NCBI GenBank assembly: GCA_951406725.2
Contig: OX597817.1
Coordinates: 44,826,001 to 44,890,000 of the forward strand
From: Octopus vulgaris
Lineage: Eukaryota
Length of the DNA stretch: 64,000 bases
Direction of reading: 5' to 3'
In this document: positions 42,343 to 56,675 of the stretch, one piece after another
Layout: every line of letters starts with the position of its first letter
Position numbering within the stretch: position 1 is the first letter of the stretch
The notes under the pieces: model-generated
What the model saw: only the letters and a program-made list of their open reading frames with translations
Told to the model about the DNA's origin: nothing
The model's database searches: none
Position numbers and translations under genes: made by a program

Positions 42343-44538
42343 ACGTAATCGTGACGCTGGCATTTTAGTCTTATTCAGTTCCTTCAATATGTATTATACT
42401 AAAATATGTTGCATGAAAAGTAATTACCATATGTAATCATGGAAAAAAAAATTACATGACCGCAGTTGGAATGACAGCCTTAGTTCGACCATAATAAAGT
42501 CTCCTCCGTTGTAACATTAATGAAACAGAAATATAAAAGAACTTGGAATATATCCTATGTTCTTTGTTGAGATACTGATTTCAAATTTTAGCACAAGACC
42601 ACCAAAGAAGGGTTTTAAGTAGATTACGTCGACCACAGTGATCAACAGATACTTATTTTATCGACCTCGAATGATGAAATCCAAATTCGATCTGAGTGGT
42701 AACTGGACACAAGAAAGTAAAGACAGATGGAAGGCCATCAAGCATTTTAGTTTGGGATGCTAATGATTCTGCCGGTTCACCACTCTCTCTGTTTCGAGAT
42801 ATTAAACACACGATATTTAAGTCACACATATACAATTACAAAGCCAGTACACACTTCGTGTTACTTAATTTTGACTTGACGTATAAAAACGATAAAGTGC
42901 CGTTTATAATGCCTTTAAAGAGCCCTTGCAACACTTGCCAAATGAAATAAGAAAATAAATTATATCTTTTTGATTGATATTCTTGGCAAGCCTTCATTGA
43001 TACAATTCCAGGATAATGCTCGTTTGGTAAAATTATATTTTATTTCCAATGAAGCAGTTCAGAACTAATTTGATCTAAATAGGACAGTGAATATGTCATT
43101 TGAAGACTACTCACACACGTTCTCATTATAAGTCTGGTGTAAATATTTCGTTGTTAGCTTAGGCTATATAATTTATTCGAAAAAATCTCAGCTTACTTAT
43201 CTGTTAGAACAAAACCCTGGTCTTGTGTGAATATTCGTTGTGATAGTCATGTGCCCAAACGGAATGAAAATTTGATTCTCGTCCACTTAAATCTCTAATA
43301 TTGTAATTGAAATATAACACCTAAAAATTGTTTTGGGTCTTACCATGCATTTCTAGTGAAATTATTGTGTTTAGCAGTAGCCGGACGAAGAAAACAACAT
43401 TAAGTTTCTTTAAGTGTATCATGTGTTTGACGAATATCAATAATGCTTCAAAAATAGAATATTGTTTTCGAGGACAGTTAACATGGATGAAGTGAATTAT
43501 AAATATTCATTGTGAAGATAATATATCATACAACATCAACCCTTGCTTTTATTTCATGTGAGTTTAGCAAATAATTAAAGATATTTAAATTGATTCGGTA
43601 GGGGCCCTTAGTAATTTTGGCTTCAATTTTATTTTTTAAGAAACTAAATTTAGATTTGCAACATCACACACACACACATACACACACCTCTTTCTCTCTC
43701 TTTTTCTTTCTCTTTCTTTTTATCCCCTCTCAATCCTTCAATGAGTATATATAGGCAAAGAGAGAGAAAGACAGAGCGTGTATATATTTATGACGGGGTG
43801 CATGCATTGTTACAGCCCAGTATTTAAATGAGTAACGTTATATATGGACATGTAAGCATGTATACGTACATAAATGCATACATACATACACAGATACGCA
43901 CACATATACATGCATATACACCTATACACATAAACTCGAAAAAATGCACAGAATGATATATTTGAATACAGATGTTCTGCTGCGCTTTCATCAGACACAT
44001 CAGAAAGAAAACTGTCAATACTATATTCCCTGATTGATTACTTCCCGTTATATATTTATTCGCTCTGTTTCTGCCTGTAGTTCATGATCTTTTGCATCTT
44101 CCATTTTCCGTAATCTCGCAAAATCTCGAAGCCCACTCTTACAAATTAAATGGGGGTGTTATCATCCAGTGCTCAAACTCTGAGTGCATTACTGCGTGTA
44201 TATTCGTACGAAATCCATAGCATCTGATTCTAGAAATTACCAATGGATACGACAATAAATATTCATGAAAACGCTTGGAACACCTTCAGTAATGATTCAT
44301 ACAAAACATTTTTTTAGTCAGAGGTAGAAGAAAATGGATGAGAAGTCACTATCAAGATTTATGCAGAGTAAAAAGATCTATGCAATAATTAATCCACTCA
44401 TAAATTGCAGAAATTTTGTCAAAACCACTAAATTTAAAGGACAAAACAGCAGTTGTAACTTCTGAATTGCTGTTAAAGCTATTGATCTTGCCAAGAAATT
44501 TCGTTGTGAGTTTAGGCTATAAAATAAAAGAAAGAAGG

Positions 44539-44573
44539 ACTTAACGTTTCGAGCGGAGCTCTTCGTCAGGAAT
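44539..44573 (-). ncRNA. Minimal hammerhead motif in a remnant of the 63563-63763 family
   Basis: AUUC CUGACGA A GAGC ucc GCUC GAAAC GUU AAGU. Core intact, helix I has one mismatch. Confidence 0.6.
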
Positions 44574-45127
44574 ATAGAAAAAAAGAAAATGTCCAAAGAA
44601 TGGAAGACGGAGAAAGAGGCAGCTTTTCCAATATAATGGAAGTAAATTATATTTCACCTACATAAGGCGTTGCTCCATCATGGCCGCAATCAAATGACTT
44701 AAACAAGTAAAAAAACATAAATAAAAATAAATACAAATCATATCAGATCAGAAAGTTTTAACACCACACACACATCCAATCAAAGCAATATCTCATTCTA
44801 GATAACCGAGTTGTTCGTTCAATCCACTTCACATTAGAGCTCAAGTAGATCGATCAAGTAGATCACCACCCCAATATCAATAGCAATTCAGTTTATAAAT
44901 ACTTTAACCATGTTCCCCCACATATTCGTTGATCTCTCCACATTTACCGATGTACCATTTAATATAGCAAGGGAACAAAAATAAATAACAACTTAAAATG
45001 CACCAACTCAAGAAAACCACCCATCCCTGGCGTTTCACCCCCTCGACTATAATACATGCAATTCCCCACCGTCTAGAAACTTCATGACAAAATTTACAAA
45101 TATTTAAATGAATATTATACAATGTGT

Positions 45128-45425
45128 AAAGGTGCATGGCTCAGTGGTTAGAGCGTCCGGCTCACAAGGATGCGGTATTGAGTTCGATTCTCGGACCAGG
45201 TTGTGTGTTGTGTTCTTGAGCATGACACTTTATTTGACGTTGCTCTTCTTCACTCAGATGTATCGGCCCTTTCCTTACTCTTGGACAACATCGGCGGCGT
45301 GAAGAGGGGAGTCTGGTATGTACAGGTGTCTGTTGGGCTTCCATAAACAACCTTACTCGGGTTTGTGCCTCGGTGGGTAACTTTCTAAATGCAACCCCGT
45401 GGTCATTCATGACCGAAGGGGGTGT
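45128..45425 (+). mobile_element. SINE with family D-like head
   Basis: GCATGGCTCAGTGGTTAGAGCG...GAGTTCGATTC...TTGTGTTCTTGAGCATGACAC. Confidence 0.75.
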
Positions 45426-46177
45426 TTTATTGTACAATATAAACAACTACAACGACGATGCAACAAAACATCATTATGTCACTTTAAATAACCTCCACAA
45501 TAATTTCTGTATCGACTCATTGCCGTAGTTCGTATAATGGAATGAGATACTGCTCAAAGTGGGTGTCAGCCACAAACATACAACTCTGCTTGTAACTCCT
45601 TACACCACAAATACTTCTCCTCATCACACATGCTAGTTTGCTGAATATAATATGAATGAAAGATAAATACGCGTCGAAGATTGCCATATGGAATTCCTGA
45701 AGGCATATTTATGACGACAATGGGAAATGACTGAACTTGATGGCGAATTCATAACACTTCATTTTTCACATGTATATTTTCTCTTATGCAACATACAGTC
45801 TACACTAGTTAGATTAATTATTGCAATTTACGGTCAATAGCGATCATGTCATATGAAAATAATCGTAGTCAGCTGGTTATTAATAGTGATCACCTTCCAT
45901 GCAGGCACACAATTGTTTTAAATCCCTAATACCACTAAATTTCATGCGATATCGCAACTCTCATCCATACATATTTACATAGTCGAATAAGAAACCGAAA
46001 GCCATTTGTACAATATTATATATTTGAAAACATGAATAAAAATGGCTTTTCTGATTATTGTTCCACTGTAACGATTAGATGTCTATAAGTTCACAAAAGT
46101 TGTAAATGGATACGTTTGTTAACGAACTGTAAGTGATTTTCACCGAATTCTAGCCACGTTGCGAAATGAGGGGAATG

Positions 46178-47302
46178 TACCTGACAACTAGATGCTGTTA
46201 TTGTTTTCTTCCTCCACGTTGATGTTGTTTTACCTTTCTCTGTTTTACATGAGGGAGAGCCGTATTCGAAAGCATTTCAGCATTGCTAATAACGGCTCAT
46301 TAGACTGTCTTACAACTATCTAATCTTACATGTTAAGGAGGGTTTTGATTTTATGAACATAAGAATGACATTTCAAGCTATTTGTGCAATCATTCTGATA
46401 ATATAACGTTGGCACGCGATGAGAATATAGAACCGGGTGATAAGATTCAGTAATAGGATAGAGACTTCACAAAGTGCTACATATTAATTCGAATATTTCA
46501 ATAAATCTCTGTACAAGATATAGCTATAGCTAAATTATCACAGGTACGATAATTGCTGTTAAAGTTTATTTGGTACTAGCAATATCAATGTTCGTGCTTT
46601 CTTGGTTGTGGTTGCATAATTATTCTAATAACTTTCTACAATTACAACAGACATTGCTGGTATGCACAACTCAGAAAGTGTGAGCAAGCCTAAGACCTCA
46701 ACCATTGCATCTTTGACGTTCTTCAGTAATTTGGATATATTTTATACAAATTATCGGATTTCCACTTATTCAGGTCTCCGCAGAATAGTTTTAATGGTAA
46801 ACATTTCAATTCCTTGGATGACGTAAAAAGATGCCTTGATGAATTCTTTGCCATGAAACCACCTCAATTCTCGGAAGAGGGTATTTTCAAGTTAAAGGAA
46901 AAATGGAGACGCATTCTGCAACAAAATGGTTCATATTTGATTGATTAAAAATGTACTGGCAAGTATTTATTGACCTTTTACTTTCCTTTAAAAATCGGCA
47001 CGAACTTTCCGGACAACCCAATACCTGACGACTAGATGCTGTTACTGTTTTCTTCCTGCACGTTGGTGTCATATTACCTTTGTCTGTTTCACATGAGTGA
47101 GACCCGTATTTGAAAGCATTTCAGTATTTATTTGTTAGTAGCAAATACAATGTTCGTATCTTCTTGGTTGTGGTTGTATACTTATTCTAATAATTTCCTA
47201 CAATTAGCATAGGCATCGCTGGTATGCCCACCTCAAAATGTGTGAGCAAGCCTATGTTCTAAACCATTGCATCTTTGAGGGTCCTTAATAATTTGGATAC
47301 AT
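46178..47302. repeat. Diverged direct duplication flanking the mariner remnant
   Basis: 46178-46285 plus 46565-46740 recur contiguously at 47022-47302. Confidence 0.85.
46750..47023 (+). mobile_element. Mariner 3' remnant: transposase C-terminus and right TIR
   Basis: SDFHLFRSPQNSFNGKHFNSLDDVKRCLDEFFAMKPPQFSEEGIFKLKEKWRRILQQNGSYLID*, then ATCGGCACGAACTTTCCGGACAACCCAA and TA. Confidence 0.9.
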
Positions 47303-47598
47303 TATCTAATGAGTTCTTCCCCCTATTTAAAACAATGTGATGAGACGAGAAAAAATTGCACGTATTTCAGTTTAGCCGAGGAAGTAAGTAAATGCTTTCC
47401 TCATTCGCTTGTTGCCGGTATTGCTGAAGCAGTTGTTGAAATGTGTGTTGTTTTTATTATGATGATGCTATTGTAATTTACCTCGTGCAGTTACTGTCTG
47501 GTTTCGTCTCAGAAACATTTATGTAGTAGCTTGTTATAAATAAAACACATTATTATTTGTTTCATTCTATAAAACGGTAAAAAAAGACAAGCTAATTC

Positions 47599-47754
47599 CA
47601 CACACACACATATATACATACATATACATACATATATATACACACACATATATATGTTACATGTATATATATATACATATACATATATATATATATATAT
47701 ATATCATATGTGTGTGTATCTATATAATATGTAATTTATGTATATATATTTATG

Positions 47755-47853
<99 letters not shown>

Positions 47854-47908
47854 TATATATATATATGTATATGTATATGTATATATATATATGTATATAG
47901 ATATTTAC

Positions 47909-47961
<53 letters not shown>
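47599..47961. repeat. (TA)n-rich microsatellite block
   Basis: Direct inspection. Confidence 0.95.
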
Positions 47962-47967
<6 letters not shown>

Positions 47968-48358
47968 GGAAATATGAAATAGATATTTACCAAACATACT
48001 TACCAGACTATTTCCATTCCTGTGTCCATTTATTTACTGTCTCTCCAACCTTTCGAGCGGAAAATTTCCAATTTCTGAAAGAAACCGTTCTTTGGATTGA
48101 TGATGAAAATTTTGCAATATGAGATATTTCTCAGCTGTCACATATCAGAGTTGAAACACAGAAGTGAAATCAATCTTCAGCTTAATCAGTAAAACTGTGA
48201 GATTGAAGGAGAAGAGAGGAAAAGTTTGGTGTGGAGTTTGTGAAGAAGAATAGTAAAGTTATTGGTTCGATTCTATCGATTAGAAACATTGGTTCTTTAC
48301 ATATATCTAGTCTTTTATACATGTTTGTATATGTGTGTATATACACGAACATATATAC

Positions 48359-48424
<66 letters not shown>

Positions 48425-48446
48425 GATAGAAAGATAGGTAGGTAGG

Positions 48447-48487
<41 letters not shown>

Positions 48488-48516
48488 TGATTGATTCATT
48501 CATTGATTGATTCATT

Positions 48517-48596
<80 letters not shown>

Positions 48597-48599
48597 TAG

Positions 48600-48930
48600 A
48601 TATTTCTTTAATCCTTTAATTATTTAAGTTGTCTCAGCTTGAAAGCTGCGGTCATACTGGAGGACCAATGTTGGTTTTGCTAGACCTTCATTATTTGAGG
48701 GTGGTTGATCCTGCTGCCGTCATCTGTGTTTCTTGCCTACAGGTAGGCTCATTCGGATCCCTTGATATGAGGGAGTCCATTTTTACTTTTTTGAAGACAC
48801 CTACGTCCAGAACATGCAGGTCTCTCAGGCGTCTTGGAAGGACGTTGAAGAGCCGTGGGACCTTGAAATCCAAGTTATTGCAGTTTCTGTTCGTGTGCAT
48901 TGATAGTGTTGCTGGGATATTTGACACTAT
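48600..48930 (-). mobile_element. CR1-group LINE 3' fragment
   Basis: PRLFNVLPRRLRDL...FKK..MDSLISRDPNEP resembles the ORF2 C-terminus at 63180-63300 (GPALFNITP...FKKSLDRFLQEIPDKP). The 3' UTR hairpin is present. Confidence 0.8.
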
Positions 48931-48933
48931 ATA

Positions 48934-49000
<67 letters not shown>

Positions 49001-49023
49001 TCTATATATTTCCTTTTATTATG

Positions 49024-50520
49024 CAGTACAATCATTCCTCAATATAATTACAATCCCTTGTTCGATTTTCTTGAAATTTTTACGGGATATGTAGGATTAT
49101 GTATCCCATATCCCGTTTATTTTTAGTCTAAATCGGTGTATATTTAAAAAGAAAATGAATAAAAACACGTTTATAGAGTGTTTTATTTTATTATGCAAGT
49201 TAACAAATATTATATAAACTACATAATATGTGATTTACACATGGAACTAGACCATGAACAGACCATTAATCTATACGTATATCTGCCACCATATAATTAT
49301 ATTTGCAAACAATTATCTATATAATTTACGTCATTCTATAGCCTCCTTTGCCATCTGTAACTTTTAATATTCTCTCATCAACTGATTTTATCAATTTCTC
49401 AACAATCTCACTTTTAATATTAATTGCAGAAGTTTTTATTGCTTCCCAAAGTAAATCCTTTTTCAGATATTGTTTACCATTAGAATATAACACATTTTGT
49501 TTAATAGTTGAACACAAATTCTCTATTGGGTTTAGACCTGGAGATTGGCGAGGGCCATCCCTTTAACTTATGTTTTTTGAAACCTTTCTTAACTAAATGG
49601 CTAATAGTGAGTTTGGCAGAGTATGAACGGGGCATTATCATGTAATAAATATGTGCTTTAACCTGAGACCTCGCGATGTTCAATTGTACCAATGGAAGAA
49701 GTCGTCATCTAGAAACTTTCAATAATCTTCATAATGTATTTTGACTCCATCAGCAACTTTAATTGGACCTATAATGACTCCTCCAACTATACTACAGCAA
49801 AACATGATTACTCCACCACCCTGCTGTCCACTTAATCGTGTTGGTTAACATTTTCCATTTAACATCCAGCCTCTTGCCCCTTCATCAGGTGCATCTAATG
49901 TTGCTCTGAACTCGTCAGTAAAAATTACTTTCTAAAGTCTCTCTATATATATCTTTTTGCCCACGTTACTCTTTTTTTATGTACTTTATTTAAAGGAGGC
50001 AATTTTGCGAAATGTTTGACTTCACCTATTTCTTTTAGTATTGCGATACGTTTTCCCTTTTATGTTAGAGAATCCTGCCTCTTCAAAGATTTCTTTGCTA
50101 GTTAACCCACATCTTTTTACACATAATGCTTTTGAGTTTTCTCTTATCTCTATTTGTGATGTTCTTGAAACCCGTTTTCTTCCATATTCTTAATATCACA
50201 ATATTTTGTACCTGTTTTTTATTGTTATGTGATATCTGTTTAATTTTTTAGAAATTACAATTGTCGTATCCGCTTCTCTCAGTAGTTTCACTATTTCTTT
50301 CTTCTCTTTTGATGTTATATCTGAAATTTAGAAAAAGAAACATTTCAGAATCATATATCACATGTGCGAGAACAATATCTTGTTAACTCGCATAATAAAA
50401 AGAAACACCCTATAAACGTGTTTTCTTCATTTCCGTTTTGAATGTACACCGATTTAGACGAAAGGAACACGAGACATGGGATACAAAATCCTACATATCC
50501 CGTAAAACGTTTAAAAAAAC
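49024..50520 (-). mobile_element. Tc1-family DNA transposon with long diverged TIRs and decayed transposase (49326-50330)
   Basis: Inverted repeats at ~49065-49212 and ~50372-50520. Minus-strand motifs VIFTDE, QQGGG, HDNAP, WPSPSPGLNPIENL and GKGGY, broken by frameshifts. Confidence 0.9.
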
Positions 50521-50611
50521 TGGACAAGTGTTTTTTTTTATTTTATTCAGGAATGATTGACCTGGATAATAAAAGAAAATATAGTGTCCCTCGTAACCCT
50601 ACCGACCCCTA

Positions 50612-50914
50612 CATATTTATCGACCCCAAAATGATGGTAGGCGGAATTTGAACTCAGAACGTAAAGACTGACGAAATACTGTTAAGCATTTCGCCAGACT
50701 TGCTAACATTTCTTATTTATTGCCCGCAAGGGGGAAAACATAGAGGGGACAAGCAAGGACAGACAAAGGGGTTAAATCTATTACATCGAACCCAGTGCGT
50801 AACTGGTACTTATTTAATCAAACCCCGAAATTTGAACTCAGAACGTACGGCAGACGAAATTACGGCTACGCATTTCGCCCGGCGTACTAACGCTTCTGCC
50901 AGATCGCTACCTTC
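50612..50914 (-). mobile_element. SINE family B, two nested/partial copies
   Basis: The head motif gaatttgaactcagaacgta appears twice and the family B tail once. Confidence 0.8.
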
Positions 50915-51807
50915 ATTAATGTAATATTATAAATACAAGAGGAGTTTAGAATGAGGTCAACTCCTGCTGTGATCTGTACAAAGACATGATGTGGTTAGAT
51001 TCTTTCGGATAAGGCCTTCGACACTTAAGTAAATGGTGATGAAGAATTGTAAGGTAGACGATTTTATCCCAAGTAGATATTTGTTTTCTTACCAACATCC
51101 TTCACATAGAATCAACATCTTTCGTCGTAAGAACTACATTATTTCGGTATTACGATTCTTATTCATTCCCCAACCTCTGCAAATGTTCTCCTATACACAT
51201 TTTGTACTATGTATTTTCAGAAAGTTTCTTCTTTTTCTTTCGTGCATAAAAGTAATCTTATGACTTATTTTGTTGTTTGAAAAATTTCTCCAAACGCATT
51301 ACTACTTTATAACATGAAAACCAATGGGGAAAAGTAACTTAGGGTTACGATAAATTTATCAGAAACGCTTTACAAAAATCCTGTTACGCAAGAAATTTCT
51401 GTATTTCGTCAGTTCTACAAGGTACCGTATATATTTTTTATCATTGAATTCATAATATTACGATATACTATTATCAGAAAAGTAGATGATAAAAATAACA
51501 CACCAAAACAGTTTCATACTATGACAAAGTGGCCATACCTAGGCATAGGGCAATTTACATAAATAGGTTGCCAATATTCATTCTAAAATATATCAGCCAA
51601 TGCAAATAAAAAAAAACTGTAAAATATGGGGAAAGAGAAGCTAAAATCACTAATTTATATTTTCTATTTATCATGAAGGATTTCAATATCCGTCAACAAT
51701 TCAGGGTCAGATCCAAGTGGTAGCTATTGAGTGAGGGTCATTAAGGTAAGATGCCAGATGGTCTCATAATACCATGAAATAAGCCACTTGGAATACTGTA
51801 GGTATGA

Positions 51808-52205
51808 AAGGTGGCGAGTTGGCAGAAACGTTAGCACGCGGGGCGAAATGCGTAGCCGTATTTCGTCTGCCGTTTCGTTCTGAGTTCAAATTCCGCCGAG
51901 GTCGACTTTGCCTTTCATCCTTTCGGGGTCAATTAAATAAGTACCAGTTACGCACTGGGGTCGATGTAATCGACTTAATCCGTTTGTCTGTCCTTGTTTG
52001 TCCTCTCTGTGTTCAGACCCTTGTGGGTAGTAAAAAAATAACTATTTCGTCTGTCTTTACGTTCTGAGTTCAAATTCCGCCAAGGTCGACTTTGCCTTTC
52101 ATCCTTTCGGGGTCGATAAATTAAGTACCAAATGCATACTGGGGTCTATGTAATAGACTAGCTCCCACTTCAAAATTTCGGGTCTTGTCCCTAGAGTAGA
52201 AAAGT
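51808..52205 (+). mobile_element. SINE family B, full copy plus adjoining partial copy
   Basis: Full copy at 51808-52040. A second B box and core start at 52043. Confidence 0.85.
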
Positions 52206-52537
52206 ATATTGTAGGTTTGAACTCATAACACAAGGAACCTGGGATAAATACTACAACGCGTCTGAATTACCTCCATTCTTGACTGCCTAGCATCTTTCTA
52301 GCGTGCTCGAAATGAGGAAATACAAAGCTGTCCACGGTAGCATTTACAATTCAAACACATAGAGCAGTAGAAATATGTAGCATTCTATCAACATTCTAAC
52401 TGCTCCGCCAGTTTGCCTCGGTTTTATACATGAATTATTTTCATATAAACGTTGTGAATGCTGTCATTCCTTGTCTCCTTATACTTGACTAATCTTACTT
52501 TATTATTAATCGACCATATGAATGTAGCTTATTGGGA

Positions 52538-53063
52538 TTCTTTTACTCTTTTACTTGTTTCAGTCATTTGACTGTGGCCATGCTGGAGCTTGAGCAATAC
52601 TACCCCCAGGACTTATTCTTTGTAAGCGTTTTACTTATTCTATCGGTCTCTCTTGCCGTACCGCTAAGATACGGGGACGTAAACACACCAGCATCAGTTG
52701 TCAAGCGATGTTGGGGGGACAAACACAGACACACAAACACACACACACAAATACATACACATATATATATATACATATATACGATGGGCTTCTTTCAGTT
52801 TCCGTCTACCAAATCCACTCACAAGACTTTGGTCGCCCGGGATTATATAAAAAAAGACACTTGCCCAAGGTGCCACGCAGTGTGACTGAACCCGGAACCA
52901 TGTGGCTGGTAAGTAAGCTACTTACCCCTCAGCCACTCACAAGGCTTTGGTCGGTTCGAGGCTATAGTAGAAAACACTCGCCCAAGGTGCCATGCAGTGG
53001 GACTGAACCCAGAACCATGTGGTTGATAAGCAAGTTACTTACCACACAGCCATGCCAACGCCT
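52538..53063 (-). mobile_element. SINE family A with duplicated head
   Basis: The head segment is present twice (to 52938, and 52934-53063), joined at CCACTC microhomology. Confidence 0.85.
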
Positions 53064-53238
53064 AAATTTTGAATGCCTAAAATCTATATTTTTGCATTTA
53101 TCACAGTTGAAGATATTAAGGCATATTTTCTCTAATAAATTATCCTGAATTTACAAACAATTTGCGCATTGTAGACTTTCATTATACTAATTAAAATATG
53201 TTACTATGACTTCTGTTATCTCCGCTTCTTAATTTACC

Positions 53239-53959
53239 AATATACTACAGACATGGATCCATTGCGTTTTTTTTTGTTAACATCTACATCGTTACATTTT
53301 GAGATCCTACAAATAAGCTGAAAAAAGATTTTTGTGTTTCTTTAAATTTCATTTGTACGTGTAACCAGCAAGATTTAACAAACAATTTAAAGCTGAAAAA
53401 TGTGCTGAATATTCCTCTGAGATTTAATTTTCTCTCGTTTTCATTACTCTTTTTCTCTTTTACTTCTGTCAGTCATTTGACTGCGGCCATGCTGGAGCAC
53501 CGCATTTAGTTGAGCAAATCGACCCCAGGACTTATTCTTTGTAAGCCTAGTACTTACTCTATCGATGTCTTTTACTGAACCGCTAAGTTACAGGGACGTA
53601 AACACACCAGCATCGGTTGTCAAGCGATGTTGAGGGGACACGCACAGGCACACAAACATACAAACACACACAAACACATGTATATATATATATACATATA
53701 TACGACGGGCTTCTTTCAGTTTCCGTCTACCAAATCCACTCACAAGACTTTGGTCGCCCGGGATTATATAAAAAAAGACACTTGCCCAAGGTACCACGCA
53801 GTGTGACTGAACCCGGAACCATGTGGCTGGTAAGCAAGCTACTTACCACACAGCCACTCCTAAGCCTAGAAGATTTAAAATAATATTTATGTACTTTCTT
53901 CGTTTTGAAGCTTTCTTGCACATAGATACCAATAACTGGATCCATGTCTGTAGTATATT
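53239..53959. mobile_element. MITE-like element with 23-bp perfect inverted ends, containing a SINE
   Basis: AATATACTACAGACATGGATCCA (53239-53261) and TGGATCCATGTCTGTAGTATATT (53937-53959). Confidence 0.75.
53446..53867 (-). mobile_element. SINE family A inside the MITE
   Basis: Full-length copy. Confidence 0.9.
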
Positions 53960-54611
53960 ATTATAGTCATTCCATGTTTTGCAGAGACCTTCTCTTCTCC
54001 GGCTGATCTTCCATTGTGAGTTTGCTGATCAGGAGTTGAGTTTCTGAAACAAATGAGTGTGTATTTAGAAACCTATTTTGCCCTGATAGAATTGAAGTAG
54101 TTATATATCCTATGTCATGTCACTGTATTTAAGCGCAAAGAAGACAACTTATGCTTCTGCAGAATCTATGATATTTTATACTGGAAATTCACATGTTTTA
54201 ATTCCTCAGCTATTCAGATACTATTTCCGGCTTCTCACCAGATTATAAAATATTCAATAATACGTATATGCGCTTCTAAAAAATAACTTCAGCGTGATGT
54301 TTGGAATTTTAACATTTACTGGTGCATTATGTTGTTCCATTCATTCATTTTTTGTAGGGGTTCACAATTTTGCGTCGTCTATCGCTTATATTCTCTCCGT
54401 TTTAATAGAATCGCACATATCAAAGTATAGTCAACTTCTTACTCTTTTACTAGTGTACATATACATGCATAGATACATATATACATGTATAGTTGAATAT
54501 ATATATATGTATTTATGTATATGAATGGATATAGTATGTATGTATATATATATATATATGTATATATGTGTATATATGTGTATATATGTGTATATATCTT
54601 CTCTTATTCTT

Positions 54612-54807
54612 CTGTTCTTTTACTTGTTTCAGTCATTTGACTGCGGCCATGCTGGAGCGCCGACTATAGTAGTAAAAATTGACCCCAGGACTTATTTTTA
54701 TAAGCTTACTACTTATTCTATCGGTCTCATTTGCCGAACTGCTAAGTTACTGAGACGTAAGCACACCAGCATCGATTGTCAAGCGAATACACACATATAT
54801 ATATACT

Positions 54808-54887
<80 letters not shown>

Positions 54888-55025
54888 GGCATCTTTCAGT
54901 TTCCTTTCACCAAATCCACTCACAAGGCTTTGGTTGGCCCGAGGTTATAGTAGAAGACACTTGCCCAAGGTGCCACGCAGTGGGACTGAACCCGGGGCCA
55001 AGTGGTTGGTAAACACGCTACTTAC

Positions 55026-55026
<1 letters not shown>
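54612..55026 (-). mobile_element. SINE family A, head truncated
   Basis: Tail and body present. The A box is replaced by (TA)n. Confidence 0.85.
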
Positions 55027-55063
<37 letters not shown>

Positions 55064-55064
55064 C

Positions 55065-55102
<38 letters not shown>

Positions 55103-55207
55103 ATGTGATGTATGTATGTATGGATATATATATATATACATATATATGTATATATATATATATATATGTATGTATGAGTATATATATATTTACACATACA
55201 TATATAT

Positions 55208-55690
55208 AAAGTATAAGGATAGGAAAAATAGAAGTAGCGACGTTACTTTATTCCAATTTGGTACATATATCCCATTAAAATTCTACAAATTGTTTTGAAG
55301 CCTAATCAATTCAAAACAAAACGAAATGTAATCCTTTTACCATCTAAAATTACGCTTTTCCTGAGGAATTCATTATTGGAATGAATGAGTTTTACAAACA
55401 AATAATAATTTGATTAACTGGTTATTATGAGTCTGGTAATTACAGTTTCACCTTTTGTATTTACTCTGTAAGTAGGTCCTCTATCATTTGTTGTTTGATT
55501 TCTACGATTCCACTATGTTACGTTAGGTCTTTTTAGATTAATTCCATCCAGTGTTACTTTTAAGGTTTAGATATATTTGTTCTAGTTTAATAAATTTATG
55601 TAAGTATTCATTAGATAATCTGTTTAAAATTTATTTCTTAATCCTAAATTTTGGATAATATATAGGTTAATTTTTTATGAATTTTTCTAA

Positions 55691-55740
<50 letters not shown>

Positions 55741-56510
55741 AGATTGGTTTAACTTACAATGTAATGTAATATAAGCAGTCTATTTTAATTTATATTATTA
55801 TTTTATAAATAATATATTAATTTGTTTTAGATTTTAAATTTAGGTTTATCTGCTATTATAATATGAAAGGAATTTTTCTGCAATTATATTCTCACTTGTT
55901 TTGATATGCTTATATGTAAGGGAAACTACTCCGTTTTACTTGACGGAAGCCATTTGTAAATATGCGGTATTGTTTTCTTTTAATATCTTCCTATTAACTT
56001 TGAATTATTGTATCGATTATGTTCTAGTGAATAATATATTAGATTTTAATTTTTTAATTAGTTAACTCTATAATTTTTAGTAGTTAATAATTAATTTTTT
56101 CATTAACTTGTCGATTTTTTTTTTGTATAGACGTTTATTGCAAATGTCGTTAACAAGTATTTATAAATTGTGAGATGTCATTTGAATTAACGCTGAAGTG
56201 TATTTATATATTTTCTGTTTTCGAATGCTCTGGCATTTGGTTAATTTCTTTCTATCATTATTTAATTCTTTGCTCCATTGTGAGCTATTGTAAAGTTCTT
56301 TATATCTGTTGGTAGATCTCATTCATTCCAATAATGAATTCCTGACGAAAAGCCTAATTTGTGAGTTCAAAAAAGAATTATATTTCGTTTTGTTTTGAAT
56401 CAATTAGATTTGGAAACACCTTGTAGAGTTTTTTATTGGATATATGTACCACCTTGGAATAAAGTAACGTCTACACTTCTAATTTTTCCTTTCCTTATAA
56501 TTTATTGTAC
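55208..56510. mobile_element. Old element bounded by ~200-bp diverged inverted repeats (possibly Penelope-like or foldback)
   Basis: 55208-55400 is the reverse complement of ~56315-56510. Shared blocks include ctcattcattccaataatgaattcct, tttcgttttgttttgaat and ggatatatgtacca..ttggaataaagtaacgtc. Confidence 0.65.
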
Positions 56511-56618
56511 CAATATTGAATGTACAGATTTATATAAACATATTCTTTGCTTTGGATTGAATCAGCGAACTTGAATGTTTAACATCCCTTTGAAGAATTT
56601 AAGTCCAATCTTTTACTC

Positions 56619-56675
<57 letters not shown>

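Noticed and set aside
52708-53148. Recurrent ORFs containing [12 protein letters not shown] or [13 protein letters not shown]
   Set aside because: Chance open frames in SINE family A; recurrence reflects the repeat, not a gene family.
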